From the UHGV virus genome UHGV-0211833: a stretch of 40,118 nucleotides of DNA, one strand, 5' to 3'. A program made the translations under genes and the position numbers. Origin of the DNA: a virus. Under the pieces are notes generated by a model. The model had not been told where the DNA came from. It worked only from the letters and a program-made list of their open reading frames with translations, and did not search any database. Shown piece after piece: positions 34,101-40,118 of this stretch (the first letter of the stretch is position 1; each line of letters opens with the position of its first letter).

Positions 34101-35388
34101 AAAGAAAGGCAAATTGTCAACGAATGCAAAAGGTGTAGTGGCAGAAGCGCTTGTTCAGAGTGGAAAATGGGATGCAATGACCTGGAAACAAAAAGAAGCG
34201 TGGATAACGTACAAGGGAGCGGAAGATGTAGCGAAAGCCTTGACCGACAACGGCAAGTGGAACAGTCTTCCAATGAAAGCGAAGCAAGCTCTTGTTTCTT
34301 GCAAAGGCTCCACGGATCTTGCGAAGGTTGTTGCTGACTACAAGCTCTGGAACTACCTCCCGACCAAAGAAAAAGACATCTTGGTAAGAGACAAAGATGC
34401 AAGCAAAATCCTTAAAAAGGCCGGTGTGAATGTTGACAATTACAACAAAAAGAATATCAACAGGAAGAACCTCACTGGTAACGCAGCAAGCATTGAACAA
34501 GCGGTGAAGCAAGGGAAACAAGCAATTGAGTCTCATAACCGAAAAGGTGTCAGCACAAAATTTTTCAACGGCAATCCTTCAAACATTTTAAACGCAAGCG
34601 GTCAATCCAGGAGAGCGGTTGACGCTCACAATTGGAAAGGTGTTAATACTAAGTATTTCAATGGTAATTCCTCAAGCGCCACGAACGCAAGCAGTCGGGC
34701 TAGAGGAGGCATTGACGCATGGAACAGGAAGGGTGCTTACGGTAAAACCCTTCACGCAAAAGATAATGTTTCTGCCAATGCGCACAGTGCAATCAGGAGC
34801 GTTAATTCTTGGAATGCTCAGCGAAATCCCAAAAAAGTGACATTCACTTCGATTTTTGAAAAAATTTTCATAACTAAAAAAAGAAGACACAAGCGTTTTG
34901 GTACAAGAAACTTTGAAGGCGGACCTATGATGGTTAACGATCAGCAAGGTCCCGTGTTCCGTGAATTAGTCCAATTCCCAGGCGGGTTCTCATTCATTCC
35001 GCAAGGGCGGAACGTTTCGTTTGAAGCGCCGAAGGGGACAAAGGTTCTCAAAGCGAGCGAAACCGCAAGGAAATTCCCTGGTCTTCCGCAATTTGCGGAA
35101 GGTACCGTCAAAAAGCCTACATTCGATACTTCACTCAACTACTTGCGAGCAATTGACAATGTGTCGGGGCAAACAAGCGTATCGGTTGATAATAGCGAAA
35201 CAAATAATCGCCTTGATGCAATCGTGACAATCCTGAGCGCAATCATGAACGGAACGCTGAATGTGCAATTGCCACAAAGCCAAGTAGCAGCATTGCGGTC
35301 GACAAACGGTAAAGTTGACTTGAGAAGAGCCATGCAAGACATGAATACGCTAACAACAAGACAAACGAGGGGGTGTTTGAATGTATAA
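31111..35388 (+). CDS. Tape measure protein (TP901 family core)
   Basis: 1425 aa, helical, LSNNGLEADKAGTGLR, Trp-spaced repeats, VNDQ.G..FRELV C-terminal region. Confidence 0.93.
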   Translation: MSMAERVLGQVAVEMDLKNQKFMTSIRNTTAALRQVKSEMRANASQIAFYGSAFSNAAMKEEAFRAKQQGLIRELQAQENQMRVLQRQFNNSITKQGEWSLATGKYATQINNLTSRMYDLKTAYVENAKGMAKMRAETMGVSGAINKVGKASISVGSSLRSIGSTMTQGVTVPIAAGFAYAAKKVIAFDNTMNENKNLIRAAGEGARETSENVKKMAENAEVYSNKYGISQQKIANGYQDLIKRGYTSKQALGSMNNELKASIATGDSFSDVVKVASQTIESFGMRTSSTKGMVSATNKVLNQLAYASDLTSTTFQDTGVAMSYVGASAHQAGFKLSETAAAIGILSNNGLEADKAGTGLRKTIISLNQAASKIDSKNSVLAKLGVKKEEIVDSNGKLKDLATILDVINKHIKESKKGEVDKGQVFQSLFGTTGRQAGTILAENTSQLRKLSAEVQSSTSQDYIGKLSRNNLKSAQNQIKIFRQQITNAGMDAARILLPYVTKFIKGAEDVLKAFNKLSDGQKQAVVNIALTAAALGPLSIALGSVLGVMGKVATGSVNLFSKISQWHAARKAFQEISVAGEGASGILAKVGAKALGTGANIGKMGATVGATEGALTTATGGVSGLTAATSLLNPAVLAAVVAVGGGTLAYELWGKKAIESADRTKRWGTSVDKSTDESATSFKKWSTDATLALNDTASNTNKNAADITNAFNGMTKAVEHSAKKHQKAIEEWAKSFGNSKVSEAVLEEADKESKAMNKHVAKVQSYNKQIQEIVQRAKEKHVKITDDERVQIAALQQKMTEEQVKLLNVSKSKKALILKAELSQANELTSKELSRVVQTTADSLEKERQVYAKQQAEIKQGLKNKKLTQAEANAALEALQKDHNSKMNAYGIAFINAEKQKGYSKKQIMQDMLANTKMSWGQIEKVYNNYESKSKKLNAVSIDTTQSMSKQTKKFASEWNSLVINPKTLKLKSNAVEEVTKAIKSKETWNKIKFLEKKGKLSTNAKGVVAEALVQSGKWDAMTWKQKEAWITYKGAEDVAKALTDNGKWNSLPMKAKQALVSCKGSTDLAKVVADYKLWNYLPTKEKDILVRDKDASKILKKAGVNVDNYNKKNINRKNLTGNAASIEQAVKQGKQAIESHNRKGVSTKFFNGNPSNILNASGQSRRAVDAHNWKGVNTKYFNGNSSSATNASSRARGGIDAWNRKGAYGKTLHAKDNVSANAHSAIRSVNSWNAQRNPKKVTFTSIFEKIFITKKRRHKRFGTRNFEGGPMMVNDQQGPVFRELVQFPGGFSFIPQGRNVSFEAPKGTKVLKASETARKFPGLPQFAEGTVKKPTFDTSLNYLRAIDNVSGQTSVSVDNSETNNRLDAIVTILSAIMNGTLNVQLPQSQVAALRSTNGKVDLRRAMQDMNTLTTRQTRGCLNV

Positions 35389-36088
35389 CGGTTTTACGTT
35401 CAACGGCAAAAATTCAACTGATTTAGGAATTTTTATCGATAGCTCATATACGGTTGCAACCGCAGTTCCCAATGTGTCAACGGCCACCATTCCAGGGCGA
35501 GCGGGAACGGTTCTCTTGAACGACTCCAAACCTTCGAGCATTTTACAGACAATTCCTTTTTACGTGAACAAGCCGCCTGCTGAACAAACGAAGGCTATTA
35601 CCCAAATTACTAACTGGCTCAGGCAGAGCGTTAACGTGTACCACAATTTCAAACTAGCAAACGATTCTGGCTTTACCTATTTGGTGGCGATGACTGGCGA
35701 ACTTTCTTTCAAACGTGAAGCAAGTGATTTAAGCGGGGAACTGAATGCACTGTTTTATCCGTACAAGTTTTATGACGAAGGTTTAAAGGAAATCAATGTA
35801 ACCAACGGACAAACACTGAACAATCCAGGAACGGTTACGGCTTTGCCACGTATTGCTTTAAGCGGAAGCGGCACCGTAACGCTTAACACGTTCAAAATGA
35901 CAGGAATAGGCAACGGAGCGGTTTTGGATAGTGCAAGACAATCTTGCACAAACCTTGCCCATACAGAGCCCCTTTTCAATCGAATGAGCGGAGATTTTCT
36001 GACGTTGCCGCCTGGAAACACAAAAATAACATGGGATAATTCAGAGTTTACCGTGAAAATTATTCCTAGATGGGGGGTTATGATATGA
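35381..36088 (+). CDS. Distal tail protein (Dit)
   Basis: FTFNGKNS.DLGI, IPGR.G, PYK, NPGTV.A.P, L.PG. Confidence 0.85.
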   Translation: MYNGFTFNGKNSTDLGIFIDSSYTVATAVPNVSTATIPGRAGTVLLNDSKPSSILQTIPFYVNKPPAEQTKAITQITNWLRQSVNVYHNFKLANDSGFTYLVAMTGELSFKREASDLSGELNALFYPYKFYDEGLKEINVTNGQTLNNPGTVTALPRIALSGSGTVTLNTFKMTGIGNGAVLDSARQSCTNLAHTEPLFNRMSGDFLTLPPGNTKITWDNSEFTVKIIPRWGVMI

Positions 36089-39000
36089 CACCAATACTTT
36101 ACGAAAGCGACGAAAAAGAATTTTGGAGCAAAGGTCTTGGTCCTTTGTCTGATGCTGAAAAATGTACAGTGACAGAAGAGAGGAACGGAGCATACACGCT
36201 TTCGATGACTTATCCGATTGACGGAGCGCAAGCTGACAAGATAGCAAACAATAGAATAATCAAAGCTGATAACGCTTATGATTTGAAGAACCAATTGTTT
36301 GTCATCAAAACCGTCACTCCAATCATGACAGAGACTGGCGAAATCAGCCTTTCAGTTTACGCTGAGCATATCAGCTACATCACGAATGATCTGTCTATTC
36401 CGCCTGAACTTAGTTTGACGGGGACAGCGCAACAAGCACTTGACCAATGGAAAGACTCCCTCATCGGCGGAGACGCAAGCGGAATCACGGTTGACTCCGA
36501 TGTGACAAACACATCAAGCACGTTATTAAGCATTCAAAATGTTGCCAATGCAAGGCAAGCACTGGGCGGCGTGGAAGGCTCAATCCTTTATTGTTGGAAA
36601 GGCGAGTACAGGTTTGATAATTTGCGCATCTCTTTGAAAAAGCAGCGTGGCACAACCGCAAATACTCTTTTGAGTTACGGAAGGAATCTTCTTACGTTTG
36701 AACAAGAGCAAAACATTGCTGAGACGTATACAACTCTCTATCCGTATGCTTTGGTCACTGCCGCAGGGGGTATGATTCAAAAGTTGGTGACGATTGACGG
36801 GTATTTGGTTGATAGCAAGTATGTCAGCCACTATCCTAACCGCAAAATCAAAACGCATGACTTCACTTCTGATTTCCAAAATTATCGCATTGGTGCAAAG
36901 CCGAGCGAAAACGCAGAAGAGGGAGTGACATACGCTGACTTGGCCACAATCAAAAAATACCTTAAAGGCAAAGCTTTGCACTTCATGACAACTAATGACA
37001 TCGGAGTCCCGAAAATTTCAACGACCATCACTTTTGCCGACTTGTCAAAAACCGATGACGAACTCGCAAAATTCGAGAAGCTGAGCCTTTGCGACAAAGT
37101 CCCCGTTCGTTTTGAAAAGCTTGGAATAAACAGTACGATCAAGGTTACTCGAACGGTATGGAACGTTTTGACGGACAGTTACGATTCGATTGAACTTGGC
37201 GATTTGAATATGACCATCGGTGAAACGGTCGCAAGCGTGAGTGCTGAAACATCGGCGATCAAAACAAAAGTCAATCAAGCGAGCATGACTGCACAAATCG
37301 CCGCTGACGGAACGCACAACATCTTCCGAACGGACGATGAAACCGAACCGATAGCCAAAAAGGTAGGCGATTTGTGGTACAAAACCGATGGCAAGTACAC
37401 GTCAATGTATCAATGGGACGGCAAAGCATGGGCGCTTATCGTCAACACCAGAGATACGGCAGACGTCAGAGCTGAACTTGACCAGGCCAAATCTGATATG
37501 GCGCAAGCCAAAACAGACGCTCAAACCGCATATGACGAGGCAATCAAGGCTACCAACACTGCAAACGGGGCCAAGGCGCAGACCGATGAAGCACTCAAAC
37601 AAGCCAAACAGGCAAACGACAGTTACACCGCTTTAGCTAAAGAAGTCGCCGACAACAAGTCAAGTGTGGACGCTGATGTAGCCGATATACGTAAGGCAAT
37701 CGACGCCAACAAGGCAAGTGCCGATGCTGACTGGAAACAGGCACAGAAAGATTATGCGTCGGTCAGCGACAAGCTGACGGAAACGAGCAAAACCGTAACT
37801 GATATCAAAACAAGCGTTAACGGCATCAAAACAACCGTGGCCAACAACACCGGCAAGATATCCACCATAAGTCAGACGGTGGACGGTGTGAAGACGTCGG
37901 TAGCCGACGCGCAAGGGGATATCACGTCAATCAAAGCTGACGTTTCCGGAACAAAGCAGACGGTAGCTAATGCACAGAAAGATATCACGTCAATCAAGAC
38001 ATCGGTCAGCGGCGTACAGACTGATATTACTAACGCCAAGAAAGACATCACGTCGGTCAAGACGGATATCAGCGGTGTTAAGACGAGCGTAAGCAACGTG
38101 CAGGGCGACGTGACGTCACTCAAGACATCAGTCAGTGGTGTACAGGCAGATGTCAAAAACGCCAAAGGCGATATCACGTCAATTAAAACTGACGTGAGCG
38201 GTGTCAAGACCACCATAGCCGACCATACGGGCAAGATAACCAGTATCAGCAAGACCGTGGACGGGCTGACCACCAGTGTCAGCAACAAAGTTGATAAAAC
38301 GACGTACCAATCATACGTAACTCAAACAGACAAGGCACTGTCCGCCAAGCTGACGGCAAGTGACTTGAAAGGCTATGCTAAGACGGCAGACGTCAAACAA
38401 ACAACTGACGGACTGAGCGCAAGCATAACGAAAGTGCAAGGCAATCTTGCTTACCAAGCAAGCGAGCTTATTGGCAAAAAGAGTTTTGAAGATGGAAGTG
38501 TGGGCGACTGGTACTGTCCGGACTTAAAAACCAAAGCGACGCTTGGAAAAGGTGGTGCGCCAAGTGGATTAAGCAACTGGATTTACCCTAGCGTTGCATA
38601 CGATTTGTACTATAACAACGCAGAAACACCAGTTAAATCTGGGGATGTGTTTTATGTCGAAGCTTTAACTCCCAACTTTACAGATACAAATGTGAACGTG
38701 GCTGTGCATTTGAGATACATTCAAAACGGCAAAGTAAAATGGCAAACAGGTCCCGTTGTCGCTATCGCCCCTAGGCACTGGGGGTGGATAAAGGGTACTG
38801 TAACCGTACCCGATAGTGTAACGAGGGTTATACCGTGTTTTTCGGCAAAAAGTAATAGCGGCACGCCAGTTAAAATGTATCTATCTTATGCAAGTTTTGT
38901 GAAGCTTGATGACTACACTCAGTCACAACTCACCACGTTGTCGGGCAAGATAACCGCAACGAGCGACCGCCTGTCTTCCGTCTACACCAAGTCGGAAACT

Positions 39001-40101
39001 GACGCAAAACTAAAAACGAAGGTAGAACAGTCGGCACTTACGCAGACAAGCAACAGTTTGTCTGCAAGCATAGCCAAAAACTCTAAAATCTTATCCAGTA
39101 TCGGCTTGACGAGTGATACTGCATATATCAACGCAAACAAAATCGCTTTGAACGGTAAAACGCTGATGACCAATGCGACAATCAATGACGCTTTCATCGG
39201 CAGTTTGTCGGCTAACAAGATTACCACCGGCACGCTCAACGCTGCTAAGGTCAACCTTATTAACGTCAACGCAAGCAATATTTCGACGGGAACGCTCAGC
39301 GGCATTAAAATCACGTCAACCGGTAAAGACCCAAGCGGCACGTCTAGTACAACTAATATTCAAAGCGGATATATCGATACCAACGTTATCAACTGCAGCG
39401 ACTATATCCTAGTCGGCAAGGCGGACGCTGACCCTCGCAAGAGGTGGCAAACAAAACAGGACAAGTGGGGTATGTGGTTCCAAACACCAGCTAAATTGAA
39501 TGGTCATACTGGTAATGCGCCTAGTGATTGGCAGAGCGAATGGCAAGGCTTTATCCGTGGGGACGGTTGGAATTATCAAACGGCAACCGTTACTGGCAAC
39601 GGGGCGAGCGGGATTGCCGTTGCGATAACACCGCAACAGATATGGGGCAGACCGTATGGCGGAGATTACTTCCAAATCGGCGTGTGGGAGCCTAGCTATG
39701 GTGCAGATTCAGTAAACGGAAAGAAATTTGAGAACGGCTGGTGCTCACCGAGATTTGTCATCGATGTAACAGGTCAGCTCACGGGCCACCCTCATTCCAT
39801 TACTTTAGGCGATACGGAAGACTATACAGGAACGTACAACCACGGCAACTTAAACATTCTTGACGGTAACTTACACGTCAAGCCGGTTTACGCTAATCAC
39901 GGCATACGTACCGCATGGGTATCGTGGTCGGATTGGGGCAGTAACCAAAAAATTCCATGCATTGTGCAGGACAAAGACAACTGGGGCGGCATAGCTTTTC
40001 CGTCAAACGGACGAGTGGTTCTGTTCACGCATAGCTACCGCATCAATACGGACGGTTTGCCAAGAGATAAGGCAAGTGTCTACAACGGCTGGGGAAGTTA
40101 A
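36085..40101 (+). CDS. Tal/tail spike-adhesin: baseplate hub domain, coiled-coil stalk, CBM-like and C-terminal receptor-binding regions
   Basis: GLGPLSDA..C.V.EERNG.Y.L...YP N-terminus, GDLWY, heptad repeats, LSANKITTGTL.A motif. Confidence 0.88.
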   Translation: MTPILYESDEKEFWSKGLGPLSDAEKCTVTEERNGAYTLSMTYPIDGAQADKIANNRIIKADNAYDLKNQLFVIKTVTPIMTETGEISLSVYAEHISYITNDLSIPPELSLTGTAQQALDQWKDSLIGGDASGITVDSDVTNTSSTLLSIQNVANARQALGGVEGSILYCWKGEYRFDNLRISLKKQRGTTANTLLSYGRNLLTFEQEQNIAETYTTLYPYALVTAAGGMIQKLVTIDGYLVDSKYVSHYPNRKIKTHDFTSDFQNYRIGAKPSENAEEGVTYADLATIKKYLKGKALHFMTTNDIGVPKISTTITFADLSKTDDELAKFEKLSLCDKVPVRFEKLGINSTIKVTRTVWNVLTDSYDSIELGDLNMTIGETVASVSAETSAIKTKVNQASMTAQIAADGTHNIFRTDDETEPIAKKVGDLWYKTDGKYTSMYQWDGKAWALIVNTRDTADVRAELDQAKSDMAQAKTDAQTAYDEAIKATNTANGAKAQTDEALKQAKQANDSYTALAKEVADNKSSVDADVADIRKAIDANKASADADWKQAQKDYASVSDKLTETSKTVTDIKTSVNGIKTTVANNTGKISTISQTVDGVKTSVADAQGDITSIKADVSGTKQTVANAQKDITSIKTSVSGVQTDITNAKKDITSVKTDISGVKTSVSNVQGDVTSLKTSVSGVQADVKNAKGDITSIKTDVSGVKTTIADHTGKITSISKTVDGLTTSVSNKVDKTTYQSYVTQTDKALSAKLTASDLKGYAKTADVKQTTDGLSASITKVQGNLAYQASELIGKKSFEDGSVGDWYCPDLKTKATLGKGGAPSGLSNWIYPSVAYDLYYNNAETPVKSGDVFYVEALTPNFTDTNVNVAVHLRYIQNGKVKWQTGPVVAIAPRHWGWIKGTVTVPDSVTRVIPCFSAKSNSGTPVKMYLSYASFVKLDDYTQSQLTTLSGKITATSDRLSSVYTKSETDAKLKTKVEQSALTQTSNSLSASIAKNSKILSSIGLTSDTAYINANKIALNGKTLMTNATINDAFIGSLSANKITTGTLNAAKVNLINVNASNISTGTLSGIKITSTGKDPSGTSSTTNIQSGYIDTNVINCSDYILVGKADADPRKRWQTKQDKWGMWFQTPAKLNGHTGNAPSDWQSEWQGFIRGDGWNYQTATVTGNGASGIAVAITPQQIWGRPYGGDYFQIGVWEPSYGADSVNGKKFENGWCSPRFVIDVTGQLTGHPHSITLGDTEDYTGTYNHGNLNILDGNLHVKPVYANHGIRTAWVSWSDWGSNQKIPCIVQDKDNWGGIAFPSNGRVVLFTHSYRINTDGLPRDKASVYNGWGS
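37790..38290 (+). repeat. Coiled-coil coding repeats (DITSIKTDVSGV..)
   Basis: GATATCACGTCAAT(C/T)AA recurring with 21-aa periodicity. Confidence 0.75.
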
Positions 40102-40118
40102 AGAAAGGAATGATATAA

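Noticed and set aside
31207..35342. Numerous minus-strand ORFs within the tape measure gene and other structural genes
   Set aside because: Shadow ORFs of long, well-supported + strand genes.
36085..40101. Diversity-generating retroelement or invertible tail cassette
   Set aside because: No reverse transcriptase, serine invertase or TR/VR duplicate is seen. The repeats are coiled-coil coding.
1..40118. tRNA or rRNA genes, introns, IS elements
   Set aside because: No cloverleaf, rRNA or transposase was recognised, and terL, lysin and capsid ORFs are uninterrupted. A tRNAscan/Rfam run would be needed to exclude them fully.

Overview
The window is a complete, circularly permuted genome of a temperate siphophage with HK97-type head genes. 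The last bases (AAAGGA...) supply the RBS for the ATG at position 1, and an intact attP-like region lies between the lysin and the integrase. The gene families suggest a Lactobacillaceae host (inference). Gene order: lysis (holin, GH25-LysM lysin), attP, tyrosine integrase, membrane-anchored Sie-like gene, cI/cro switch with 15-bp operators, early and replication genes (DUF771, DUF1351, SSB, NinB-like, DnaD-type initiator with iteron ori, DnaC), many small paralogous genes, a half methyltransferase, dUTPase and an ArpU-like activator. These are followed by a leftward-transcribed island (19.4-23.1 kb), HNH/cos/terminase, and the head and tail genes (with a -1 frameshifted tail chaperone). The island beside the putative cos site is the most striking part. 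It has three consensus sigma-A promoters that share a TAAGTCnnGACTTA palindrome, two type II hammerhead ribozymes directly ahead of very acidic ORFs, an AcrVA2/FinQ-family gene and a small putative regulator. This suggests an anti-defence operon punctuated by ribozymes at the end likely to be injected first. Twin promoter-ncRNA-terminator units with a GAGTGAGTGAGT core flank the dUTPase/ArpU block. All family assignments come from recognising motifs by eye; no database searches were run.
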